Below are positions 14,645 through 27,589 of a stretch of 64,000 nucleotides of DNA, one piece after another (positions within the stretch are counted from its first letter, which is position 1; each line of letters starts with the position of its first letter). Made by a program: the position numbers and the translations under genes. The DNA is taken from assembly GCF_009914755.1 (NCBI RefSeq), contig NC_060925.1. The stretch is one strand, 5' to 3'. This stretch comes from the human T2T-CHM13v2.0 reference genome, Homo sapiens. The notes below the pieces were generated by a model. That model saw nothing but the letters and a program-made list of their open reading frames with translations, was not told the origin of the DNA and did no database searches.

Positions 14645-14825
14645 CTAGAAAAAAATTTTTAAGAGTAATATCAGACTTTCTTATATAAACTGACCACCCT
14701 AAAATGAGTTAATTCTGAAACATAAAATTATGATTCTAATAAAGACTAAATTCAAAAAAAACTTTTAAATCTTCAGAATTAGAACACAGACCTATCAGCC
14801 CAAATCATCCCCATGGAGAACTTAC

Positions 14826-17800
14826 CTTTTCTAACTCGTTTAACAGGTGTTCCTGTGCCAGTTCTTTTGAAATGCTGCATTTTGTCACTTGTGGCTATTT
14901 GTTCTGGTGATACAACATGACGGGCTTCATAGCTTAATCCTGCTCTGTGAAGATGCCCCCTGACATGATTTGATAACCCAACACCTGTTTCAAATGTTGC
15001 TGGGCAGTAAGGACACGATTTCTTCTCAAGAGACAAATCAGTCCAATGAAAAACAGAACTATGCTTTGACAATGAAGCATCTGCAGTTTCTAAATGCTGA
15101 GGATCATGTATCTCATGCAAAAAGTTGTTACTTCCAGTATCTTCATAGTATTCAAAATAAAAGCCATCGTTTTGGTCATAACTAAGAGTAGCATTTTCTC
15201 CAGGCTCCTGACCTTCCACTTTGCTCTTAAATAAAGGGAATAAATTTACATGCTCTTGATTAATATCACTATAGGTTTCATCTTCTATGGCCTGTGTAGT
15301 GTAGTCTCCTAACTCAACATTATCCCAGGAACTTTCATCTTCTGTTTCATAACTATCTTTCTTTTCAGCAGAATTAAGTTTTTGCAAAACGACAACAGTC
15401 ATTTTATGCAAAAAATCTGGATAGCTATCCAAGTCTTCCCCTCCAACAGAACTTTCCTTCTTAGATTCCTTAATTACTCTCTTTACAGCTACACGTCTGT
15501 GATCTTTGAAGCTTTCAGGCCTTTTGGCGTCAGGCTTATGAGGGTCTGAAATAAAATTGTTGTGAGAATTACTTGATGATGAAAACAGGTGTAAAGAATT
15601 TAATGAACTAGCTTCTTCTTTTTTGAAATGCACAGGATATGATTCACCTGATTTTTTGATCATCCTATAGTTTTCATATTTGTGTCTATACAAATAGTGG
15701 CTATTTGCCTTGGCATTAGACTTTTCTTTTGCTGCTTGATGGAAATACTTAGGTTTTTGGTCAACGCTGCTTTTAATTGTAACATTCTTATGAGGAGAGC
15801 TGTTTTGATTGCACATGTTTACACCTGATTGGGCAATGCTTTTCCGAGCTTTCTGTATTCTGTGTGGCCGCTTATGAATTTTTGAAAAACTACTTGATTG
15901 TGAGGTTGATCCAAATGTTCGCTTCACATCTTGTTTTAAAGCAGAGTTCTTTGGAAATGTGGTTGACTGTTGTTTAGTTAATGTTTTAGTGCTATCACTA
16001 TCTACAGGTTCTTCAAGGATGTCATTTTTTCTTTTATCAAGTCCAAGAGGACTACCAAATGAATCAACACATGATGATGAATGCAAGTACTCCGTGTGCT
16101 TTTTTAAAACACTTTTGGCTGAAGTAGTAAAAGGACACATCTTACATATGTAGGTAGCTGATTTTTTGGATGATCCTACTACAGAGTCTTTCATGAAAGT
16201 CTTTTTTTGTGTTTTTCTCTGGGCAATATCAGAAGTGACCATAGGGCATTTTACCACTGCCCCATGTGCAATGCCTCGATGGCATTCCAATTCATTTTCT
16301 GTCACTGCCATGAAGTTACACTCTTCACAGCAGTAGTACCTTTTATCTTTTTCATGGGTTTTAGCATGTTGCACAAATGTTTTAGGGCAATTGGTACCAA
16401 ACACACACTGAGGACACTGTAATCGTGCACTTCTTCCTTCATCCTGAAGTTCTTTCAATTCACGAATTTCCTCCATCAACTTCTGTCTTCTCTCCTGGTG
16501 AATAATCATATGTTTTAGAAGTGAATTGCGATCTCGAAATGTCCGTCCACATTCTCTACAAGCATATGGCCTTGGGACATTAAGATGGCGAAAGTGACTA
16601 TTCCCATCTAAATGATACATCATATGCCTGTGGAGGTGCTTCTTCTCCCTAAAATTCACATTGCACTTTGTACAGGGGTAGAATGATGGCTCTTCGGTAC
16701 TGAAAGTAGCAGGTGACTCAGAATCACTCTCTTCACATTTCTTTTTTAAGGTATTTGAAAGAAAAGTGCTAGTATGAACAGGTGAACTCTCTTCTCCACA
16801 CTTATCTGGGTTATAAATTAGATGTTGGAAGGCATCCACAGATTCTAAGTCTTCATCAGTTGATTCAGGCTTCACTTTTGATAATGCATATTTCTGTGAG
16901 TCTACTGCTTGTAGCTCTTCATTTTGTTCTAGAAAGTCTACTTCTTGCATTTTTGATTTATTGGGTACACAATTAGAATCACTAAAGCAATCCTCGGTAT
17001 AACGAGTTATCTTGCTTACATCCATTTTTCGCTTTCTTTTTTTTTCTAGACCTATTTTAGAATGAGGTGGAGCTTTATCTACTGTTTCCTCATTAGTCAT
17101 AAGAAATTGAATGAACTCTTTTTGGGGATCCCAGTTTGTATCATTTTCTGACCTAAATCCATCTGTACCTGAGGAAATTCCCGTTACTGTATTGACACAA
17201 TCATCTTTCACCAATAAATCTTCACCATCCTCACCCACCTCTACTTGATTTATTAAAGTGCCATCTGACTTTATATTACTCCCTACTGAATTCTGAATGT
17301 CACAACCAACTGAAGCAGAGGTAGGTAGTTTTTTATTGGAATGGGTGGGATTCTTAGCATGTGCTACATCTGATAACAAAAATAAAACTTGGTGTTGACT
17401 TGCTTTCTGTGGTGTAGACAGCTGAAGATCAGCTGCTACCTTCAAAGTTGAACAAGATTCTGTTGTTGGCTGATCCACAGGCTGTCCAGTGGTTAATGAA
17501 ACACTGCCTTTATTCATATTGGAAGTCTTAGTTAAGGAGGAGTGTGAAACTGGTCCATTAACAGCAGCTCCTTTAGGCAAGATAAAGTTTTCACTAGAAA
17601 CAGTAGGAGCACCAGCATGTATAAATAGACTAGACTGGCCTCCACTTAAGGCGTTTTCAGATTTGTCCTTTGACAGTTCTTCAGGCAGAGTCAACGTATT
17701 ATTTTTCTGAAATGATGTTTGACAATCTTTTGGCTTATGAACTCCGCTCTCTTTGTCTGAGATAAAATTGTTGTCATCTAGGAGTTCTTCTTTAGCACCA

Positions 17801-17863
17801 GTAATATCGGTGTTTATCTTCAAATCATCCATATTGTTGGCAAGCCCATTTAACACATTTAGT
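14826..17863 (-). CDS. ZNF644: ZNF644 giant exon 3 (3038 nt): long low-complexity region plus six C2H2-type zinc fingers
   Basis: 1025-aa ORF in the track. Acceptor tttccattttctag|A at 17863, donor AAAG|gtaag at 14826. Fingers include [47 protein letters not shown] and CPYC..HVRGH. Confidence 0.97.
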
Positions 17864-19713
17864 CTAGAAAATGGAAAAAAAAAATTTAGATTTGCATGAA
17901 AGAAAAAATACTATTAGAATGTATGGAGAGTTGAAAGTACATATTTTTATTAGTTTAATTTTCTACTCTTTATATTGAGATTCTAATAATTTTCCAAGAA
18001 TGAAAGAACACAAACATATTGAAATATTTAAAAAGCACCTCAAAGGTTAATATTGTTCTTCATGCTAGGCAACAACAACAGTCCAATACGTCATGTATAC
18101 AAAATGTCTAGGGAAAAGCAACATACACAAACACACTAGGGAAAAGCAGCATACACACAGATACACATGTATACACAGACTCAAAAACAATATAAATATG
18201 CTACAGACTGAAAAAATTTTAAACCTCACGTGGAGATTGCTAATACAAAGAAAATTCTTTCACTTAAGTAGGTTTATCAGAGGTAGTCACTCTATTCTAG
18301 AGAACAATATAAATTATCAAATATTGCAGAGAAGTAAAAGATTTGTCACTTATAAGTTCATTCCTGAAGGTAACAAAACACCATTCAGTAAATAACTTTA
18401 TTGAATGAACATATTTGCTATCAACATCAATGTTTTATGTATGAAATAGTCCTTTTTAAAAGACTGCTTTGCTCTCAAGATGCTTAATGTTCTCCCAACA
18501 TTCTATCAATTGTAAAAATGCTTTATTCATAGTTTTGTTCATTCCTTATTCAAATTAACCTTAACTATAATTTTAACTTTAGTAAAGTTAACTAAATTTT
18601 AGTAAAGCGAATTTTAACTTTACTAAAGTTAAAATTAATGAAGGTTTATGTCAAACTTTCATATGTGGGGCCTCAAATTCTAGGCATTCTCTAAAAGCAG
18701 TTATCCCACTTATGATCTGGTGGTCTAGTGCAATGGCCTAACACATTTTACAATAGAATAGCATAAACATATGTTTTAAATTTATTTCATATAAAATGTA
18801 GATAAAACTTTTCTAGGCATTTTTGATAAGATATTTAATCATTATGAGAAAAAAGTACAATATTTTTAAAGGAAACAGTATTTCTGAATGTTTGGGGTCC
18901 ATTCACACCATGACTGTAATGCCTACCCCCACTATGAAAAGTTCCCTTGCAACCTGTTTTTTTCCTGCTCTTAGAAATGGCCACATTGGAAGTATCTGCC
19001 TTCTTCAAAGAATGTCAGCTCTTTGAGGGCTGGGAATGTAATCTAGTCACTATCATATCTCTAGAACCTAGTACATCACTTGCCATAGGTGCTCAGGCAA
19101 TATTTGTTGAATAAAATACTGAATAAGTATTGGATTAATAAAAACACAATTTCAAAAATCAAAGTAAAAGTTCCTAAAGTGTAAAGAAGAAAAACAGTTT
19201 TGTTCCTATGAAATTTGGATACCCCATTCAAACACAAGTTCCATCAGGTTCTGATTTATTAACTCAGTAATTATAATAAGGTCCTCAAAATATCCAGTAA
19301 TTTTCATGTACAATTTAAAGAACCTGCTATTTGGCAACCCCAGGTATTAACTAATTGAAGTACTGGCATCATAAGCTTCCATATTTCTTCTCCTTTTTTG
19401 CAGTTATTCTCCAAATATTTCCTAAGCACTTAGTAGTGCCATGCATTGTTCCTGTATTCCAGATATAATGGTAAACAAGACAAGTTAGGTTCCTGCTCTC
19501 AGATAAAGAATGAAGCCTGTATATTTTTCTTTTGCAGTATTTTTAATTTGCATAACAAGTAATACTATTTTAGGGCAACAGGACCTTACAATCTAACATT
19601 TAGAAATCAAAACATGTTCAATATAGTTCAATATTTCTACTATCCTTTAAGGGTACCAATTTCATGCTTTGTAAAACATTAAATCTAATTCAAGAATAAT
19701 AAAATTGTTCTTA

Positions 19714-20029
<316 letters not shown>

Positions 20030-21147
20030 TTATATTTTTCTTATTTTATAACTTAGAACAAGCACTTATAATCTGATCTTATTCTTTCCATAAAATGTTA
20101 TTTAATACAACAAATACCTATTACCAGTATCTTTGACATTGTTTTTTATACCAACAATCATTTTTTCCACCCCTCGTAGGTTTTAGAATTCTGTTTTGAG
20201 ATTGGCAAACTTCTGTGGTAATAAAAATAGACTTCCAATAAGATCACATTTAATGATATCACTCCAAAATGGTGCTAATGCATCACCCAGCAGGAGTCTC
20301 TACATCACATACACAGAAGTTAAAAATGGGCAGCACATAAACATGTGTTAGGAAAGGGTGTGCAAATGTCAAGGGAAAGAAAAGCAAGCCTTAATGCTAC
20401 ACTACCATTCATTCCTGATATTTCTCATTAAATTAGGTAGAAAACATAAAACGCTTCAATAGCAACAATCTCATAAATCTGAAACGAACGACAAAAAACT
20501 AGCTTGAAAGACAGTTACTTTCCTTTCCGTTCCCACTTATTATAATCACAGAGGTGGACAAATATATGCTAAGTCAATTTGAAAGCCTATATTAGTTTTT
20601 CTCAACAGGAAGCAATGTTGCTAACGAAGTGGTAAATTCAGTGTTAATGAGTGGCTTCACTGTTACCACCTCAGAGGTAAAACCTTCCATGTTCTATGTT
20701 CCACCCATCTGTTCTGGTGTTAGAGGTTTAGAGATGGAACAGACGCTTCCCATTTAAAGCAACTTCATTGGTACCCCCTGAACAGCAGGGTGACAAACTA
20801 TGAGAACATCATGTCAGCTTGGAGACTGCATCCTCATTACCGGAATGGCTTTATAAGAGCTTTTCATAAGGTCACATTCTGAAGATATCAACCTGTTTTG
20901 TTCAAAAACATAGAAAAAATATATGTGCATAACAGATATTTTATCTACAAAACACATCTAGCAAAAAAAAATCCGATTAAATATTGTTAAAATATAAAAT
21001 GAAGTCTTTAACAATGAAAGTTTTCCTTCACATCCACATAATAAAATATGGCTTACTTACCCCTAAATTATTAATTATCTCTACTCAAAAATAAAAGATG
21101 TTACCTTCTGCATCAGTTTGAAAATATGTTACAAAAGTTGACTTAGG

Positions 21148-21327
21148 AAGCTTTCTAGGTCACTCGGTAATTCTGATTAGATACAACCTTCCTGTCATCA
21201 AATCTATACTGTCCATTTTCTGTTCATGAGTAATTCTTTACTGAGAGAAAATTAGCTTAATTTTGTTCTTTTATGTACATTATTAACTGCATTTACTACA
21301 AGTAGATTAACGTTTTGTGGGTACTTA
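21148..21327 (+). repeat. Dispersed direct repeat, copy 1 (180 bp)
   Basis: Ungapped alignment to 22214-22393 with 18 mismatches by manual count. Confidence 0.9.
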
Positions 21328-22213
21328 TTTTAGGAACAATTAAAATGTTCAGAATATATTCTAATTATACAATGCTCCAAATATACTTCTTCTTAGTAAC
21401 AGTACTCAAGACTCATAGCTGTTGTGCTGAGATACAATGCAGAACCATGGATCATCAAAATCTGTTGCACTGAATAATTGATACAGAATTTTAACATCAT
21501 CAAAAATTATTTTACTACATTCATGTTGGGTTATGTGGCATCTAGGCAAGAAAGCATTTGACTTGAGTTAATTTTACACCATCTCAAATAGTTTTTCAAC
21601 TACCTTTGTATAGTCAAATGTATATATAACAGAGACATCAATACCAGTTTAGGTTACTATAACAAAGTAGGAACGTATTTGAAGGTGGGCATTATTCATT
21701 AAGTTTAAAAAACAGAAGCTAATAAATTAAGATAAATAAACTGATGTTTGGACTCCTTATATATCAATTAAGATTTTTAAACACTGTTTAGACACCATTA
21801 CTAAATCTTCCCCATATAATCATATAACCATAGAATTTTTCTTTTAACTGGTTTTTAAAAGTCTAAAAAATTCACACACCTTTTTAAAAAGCTGCAAACA
21901 GAACTTTAAATCTACATAAAATATATTTCAATTTCTAGAAAATCATAATGAGTTCTACAGCTATAACTGCCTCTAGTTATATACTGTGAGCACTAAAAAA
22001 ATTGTACAAAGGTCAGATCTGTCTTCAAGATGACAGATCATCACTTATATGCCTCAAGCTAGACTTATTGTCTCAGAAATCTCAAACATCAGTATTTTTG
22101 CAAACTATCAGCACTTGCTATAACACCCTCACTACACTACATCTTGAGGTTACTACAGAAGAAATGAGGTGATAATTGCATATTAACATAATTATTCTGT
22201 AATCCCTCTGAGC

Positions 22214-22393
22214 AAGCTTCCTAGGTCACTCAGTAATTCAGATTAGATACAACCTTTCTGTCATCAAATCTATGCTGTCCACTTTCTGTTCACGAATAAT
22301 TCTTTTCTGATAGAAAATTAGCTTAATTTCATTCTTTTATGTACATTATTAATTGTATTTATTGCAAGTAGGTTAACATTTTGTGGGTACTTA
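22214..22393 (+). repeat. Dispersed direct repeat, copy 2 (180 bp)
   Basis: About 90% identical to 21148-21327. Confidence 0.9.
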
Positions 22394-24258
22394 ACTACAT
22401 AATGCCAACCTTTGTTGTGTTGTATAATTTCATGCAAAATATAGTACAATTTGCCCTCATTGTATATTAGTTCATTAATTGCTATATTACACAGCTATAA
22501 ATAAATTATAATGCTGCCCACTAGCTGAATTATAGTTAGGATCTGTCAGGTTTTCACAAACCCTATGTTCATTTAAATTATCCTTGTGAACACATGACAA
22601 CTTCAGTTAGTAATGTATGAGATTGGGTCAAGAAGAGAAAACAATTCACAAGTGTCAGTCTAACTGTAAAACAGATCTTAATTAACTGAAATATTATATT
22701 TAAAATTATTGTGGCATTTAAACCTATATATACCATACACAATGTACAAACATATATACCTAAATCTCACCTAGTGCACACTTCAAGAGAAGACAGAATG
22801 TATCATCCAGGTAATAACTTATTCTGGATGTCACATTGAGAAGAAACACTAAAAAAATACAGAACACTTGTAAGGGTGTCCAGCATGAGACTGACTTTAA
22901 AACCAAGCCAAATAATAAAATGGTTCAGAAGGTTAGACTGCTTACTTGTCAAGAACATTACAGACAGGAATATGGAGTTGAGGATTGAATAAGATGATTT
23001 CTAAGGTCCCTTCTAATATGTACTACAAATGTTTAGTACTTAGTTATTACATAATTAACATTTAACATTATTTGAAATAATGAGCAAAAAACTGAAGAAT
23101 TACACTACTGAGCCTTAAAAGTATTCTTTAAATTCACAATTACCTGAAATAATCCTTTAGTTAACTTATGATCTGTCAATAAATTGATTGTTGAACAATG
23201 AAAATATGACATTAAATGACCAACACACTGCCACAGAGCTAACTGTATCATGAAAACTCAATGTTACAGCCAGAGATTTTTTTTTCCTTGGCAATACCAA
23301 AACACAAAACAAAACAAAAAAGGCACTGAGTTTGATATATAGATTGCCATTAAAAAAAAGCAAACAAATTACACTGAACCTGTTGAACAGCTTGTTCCTG
23401 ATGCCATGTACCATCCTCACTTGTTAACAGGAAGGCAGATGTTACAAAGTCAGGTACCAGACCATAAACACCTAATAACTCAAGATCATTCTTACTGCAA
23501 AGTATAGTAAATACTAAATATAATCTAACACATCTAAAGAAGCTCCCATGTGGTAAACGGAAGCAGGTAACTGTGTGGATGAAGGCAAGGAGGGCAGGGA
23601 GGCCCTACAAAGACATAACTTTAAAGACATGGCAAAATTATGTAACAATAAGAATCAACAGTAGAAAATCAAAAGGATGTTCACTAATCAAACATTAATT
23701 TCCTAATGAAGAATTCTGCAACTGGAAGAAGGCAATAAATTACAGCTGCAACCAAAGGAGAGTACTAAGTCATAGTTAGCACAGAATGACTGTTGTGTTG
23801 TTTATGCTTTCATGTAATTAGAATAAGTGATGGTCTCAGCTTACATCGTAATAGACATATATGCACGTGGCTCCAATAAGACAAATTTAAGCATTTAAGC
23901 ATTTGAAATGAGTGATATATATGTAACTGATCAAATATTTTGACCACATTTGTGTAACATGGGTCAGTTCACTATAAAACATATCTGTTCAAATTATTAA
24001 CTGTGAAACTTTCAAAGAAACCAATGTACCTAAGTATGTCAATCCCATACTCCAGGGGCAGTGTGTCAACTTTGCCCTCCACAGAAAGTATTATGCCATA
24101 AATTGTCATTTTACTTTGAGCCTTCTGGTATTCTTTAACCTATGATGGGTCTGCTGTTTATGTTCAGTTTTGAAATATTATATAAATACTAAACTATCAT
24201 ATCTAATAAATTCAAGAAAAGTGAGAGTGTTCAAAGTCCTAGGAATACAAAGCATATA

Positions 24259-24543
24259 CAGATGCTCCTTTACATATAATGGGGTTACCTCCCAATAAAC
24301 CCATGATAAATGGAAAACATCATGTTGAAAATGCATTTAATACATCTAAACTATTGAACATTGTAGCTTAGCCTACTTATACATACTTACATTAGCCTAC
24401 AATTGGCCAAAATAATCTGACACAGTCTATAAAAATTTTATAATAATAAAAGATAAGATTAAAAATACAGTCTCTACTGAATGCACATTGCTTCTACACC
24501 ATCGCAAAATTGAATCATTGTCATTGTAAGTCAGGGACTGTAT
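24259..24543 (+). mobile_element. TcMar-Tigger MITE, MER47A-like
   Basis: ta|cagatgctcctttacatataatggggttac start and gtaagtcagggactgtatg|ta end. Confidence 0.7.
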
Positions 24544-25018
24544 GTAATTACATAAATGAAAATAGAGACAATTATACGTAAAGAAGTGAGATAAATATAT
24601 GTGCATATGGAATAAATTGCTTCAGAATAGAAATAATTTTAAAGGGCAAAGACAATTTCACCATTCAAAAAACTGCTATACCTATAAATTTCACAACAAT
24701 TATCAAGACATAAAGAAATAACAAAAGAATGGTTTTAGAGCATAGAATCAGCACCAAGTCAGATATCTATTTGCTTAATGTTTATTCAGGAAATGCTAGG
24801 AATTTGTTGAAGAACTTAAAAGCTAAGAATGTTCAAAGTGCTGTTGATGAAGCTTTTGCCCCAACCATGTATATTCCACAGGATCAAGGCACATTATAGT
24901 ATGCACAACAAAGTTAGTGGCATGACTGCAAATGCAAACATGGTGGCTTTAAAGGGACTCCTTACAACAGCTGAAGAGATAACTGGTGCCTTAACAGATT
25001 GTTAATGCGGATGAAACT

Positions 25019-25303
25019 ACTGTCATCCCTCAGTATCCATGGCTGATTGGTTCTAAAAACCTGGTGGATACCAAAATCTACGCATACTTAAGTCCCCGCA
25101 CTTGACACCATCTATGGATAAGATAAGCAAGCCCTCCTTAAATGTAGGTTTCACATGCCATGAAGACTGTATTTTTTATCTGCATTTGGTTTGGGTGCGG
25201 ATGCAGAACCCACAGATACAGAAAGTCGACTATATTCATCGAAAAAAATCCACGTTTAAGTGGACCTGCACAGTTCAAGCTCATGTTGTTCAAGGGTCAA
25301 CTG
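25019..25303. mobile_element. TcMar-Tigger MITE, MER2B/MER8-like
   Basis: Ends gttcaagggtcaactg|ta (Tigger2 TIR) and starts with the MER2-like tccctcagtatccatgg. Confidence 0.7.
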
Positions 25304-26090
25304 TATTTCATTTTTGGGAAAAGTTGACCAACAGAACCCTTACCAGCATGTCTAGCCTGATGCTTGGAACATAACGAATGTATACTAGTTTCCTTCTAAT
25401 ACCTCAGTAATTAAGTTTTTCAAATTCAAAGGTTCACAGATTTTATTTAATATGTAGATTTCTTAAACTTCTGTAGATTTTAATAATCTGTCATTATAAA
25501 AGTTCCATAAATTAATTTGCTTAACCTCATATTTAGAAAATATAAAATTAAAGTCTAATGAGAAATAGAACTTGAATAATATGACATCCAGGATTGAATT
25601 ATTTCACTGATTTACAATTTAATCTATTGAAGGAAGGATTTAAATCGTAAACAAATTTCTGTAAATCTGTAATAATCTATAATGAGTACTTAACCTCTCA
25701 CCTGTATTATATACATTCAAACTCTACTATGTAAATTCAAACTTATATATTGAATTTATATATTTATATATTTGAATATATTTATTCCATATATTCACAT
25801 GGAAAAGTATGACATCTTTGAGAACTAAAAAAAAGAACAAAACTGAAAGTGCTACTTCAAAGAAATGTTTTGTATTAAATGTGAACTCTTGAAATATTAT
25901 CCTTGCTCAACTTATTTTTCTGAAACCAGAAAAAATCCAATTATCATCTAAGAAAAATATTTCAAGATAATCACTATTCTACAAGTATCTTAATTTAGGA
26001 TGGTAATAATTCAAATACAAGAAATTTGCTTTTCTTGAAACAAAATATATTAGTGTGCTTCTCTCTCACATTATTGTCTTAACAAAAATA

Positions 26091-26398
26091 TACTTGGCTC
26101 TCTCTGTGGGTTTTGCATCCTCAGATTCAACCAAACTCAGATCAAAAGAAATAAAAAATAAAATTACAAGAATAAAAAATACAAATAAGAAACCAATGAA
26201 GTATAACAACTATTTGGCATTTACACTGTAGTAGGTATTACAAGAAATATATTGATGGTTTAACATATATGGGAGGATGTGTACAGATTATATGCAAATA
26301 CAACATCATTTTATGTAAAGGTCTGGAGCATCATTGGAGTTTGGTATTCTTGCAGGGTCATGGAACTAATCCCACATGGATATCCAGGGTTGAATGTA
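26091..26398 (-). mobile_element. MER2-like Tigger MITE
   Basis: Contains gtataacaactattt...gggaggatgtgtacagattatatgcaaatac. Confidence 0.7.
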
Positions 26399-26549
26399 TG
26401 TTACTGATTTTTAGTTAGCAGCTAAATTTGCGTGTTTTTAGCAATAGGATTCCCAGTATGTGGCTAAGGAGAATGTTTGCTTATACCACCAAACACCGTT
26501 CCTGAATCCTTTTTGTTGTTCATTTATTGATTCAAAAAAATAGCGCTGG

Positions 26550-26832
26550 GGCCGGGGGCAGTGGCTCACGCCTGTAATCCCAGCACTTTGGGAGGCCAAG
26601 GTGGGCAGATTGCCTGAGCTCAGGAGTTCACGACCAGCCTGGGCAACATGGTGAAACCCCGTCTCTACTAAAATATAAAAAATTCGCAGGGTGTGGTGCC
26701 ATGCACCTGTAGTCCCTGCTACTCAGGAGGCTGAGGCAGCAGCATTGCTTGAACCCGGGAGGAAAGGTTGCAGTGAGCCGAGATCGTGCCACTGCACTCC
26801 AGCCTGGGCGACAGAGTGAGATTCCATCTCAA
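26550..26832 (+). mobile_element. AluS element
   Basis: Full dimer. The tail is replaced by purine microsatellites. Confidence 0.93.
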
Positions 26833-26960
26833 GGGAAGGGAAGGGGAGGGGAGGGGAGGGGAGGGCAGGGCAGGGGAGGGGAGGGGAGGGGAGGGGAGGG
26901 GAGGGGAGGGGAGGGGAGGGGACAAAAGAAAAGAAAACAAAAGAAAAGAAAAGAAAAGAA
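26833..26960 (+). repeat. (GGGGA)n followed by (GAAAA)n microsatellites
   Basis: Directly visible: about 15 GGGGA/GGGCA units, then GAAAA units. Confidence 0.95.
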
Positions 26961-27589
26961 ATAGTGCTAATAATAGTGCTTTGTTGTTGTTATTGTTAGT
27001 AGTTTTTTTAATTTCAAAGTGTTTTGTCAGCCTCCTCCCAAAAGCAGATTGTGTTTCTTTATTGAAAACATACTAGTTTACAGAACCTGAGGATATTAAG
27101 TACTAGGCCTGGTAATGATGAATCTTATACATTAATAAAGTATAGAGATATTCATGAATCTCTTGGCACACAACAAAATGGCTATAAAATATAAAAATAA
27201 AAAACTTTTACAAGTACAAAGAAAAACTGACAAATCAACAGCCACAGAGGGAGGCTTTAAACGATTCTCCCAAAGGTTAACAAATCAAGCAGACTTAAAA
27301 AGTAAAGAAGAATATAGAAGATTTTAATAACATAATTACTAAGGTTGATCTGAACAGTGGTCTTCAAACTGGGCTATGTATGCCCCTGAAAGTACAGACA
27401 GACTTCTCAAAGAGTATGCAGGTCAAGTATTAATTTCTAGTTCCTCAACTTCCGTAAGTACTCTTTCCCTAAAATTGATCTGGATGTTATATTTGCAATA
27501 CTCTAGTTCTTCTTACCCATCTCCCTTTTAAAGATCACCCTTCTCTCACTGTACAAAAGAAAGGTTCCCAAACACATATCTAGCAGCCT

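Noticed and set aside
14970-17710. Short + strand ORFs antisense to exon 3
   Set aside because: Expected shadows of a long coding exon, with no independent features.
14779-17856. Track ORF boundaries taken as a single-exon 1025-aa gene
   Set aside because: The track start is not an ATG and its tail (GKFSMG...) is intronic. Splice sites define 14826-17863.
20540-20900. Non-repetitive stretch considered as a further exon or enhancer
   Set aside because: No convincing splice-site pair or ORF, and it cannot be supported without conservation data.
26719-27076. Pro-rich and Gly/Arg-rich ORFs
   Set aside because: Translations of the (GGGGA)n microsatellite.
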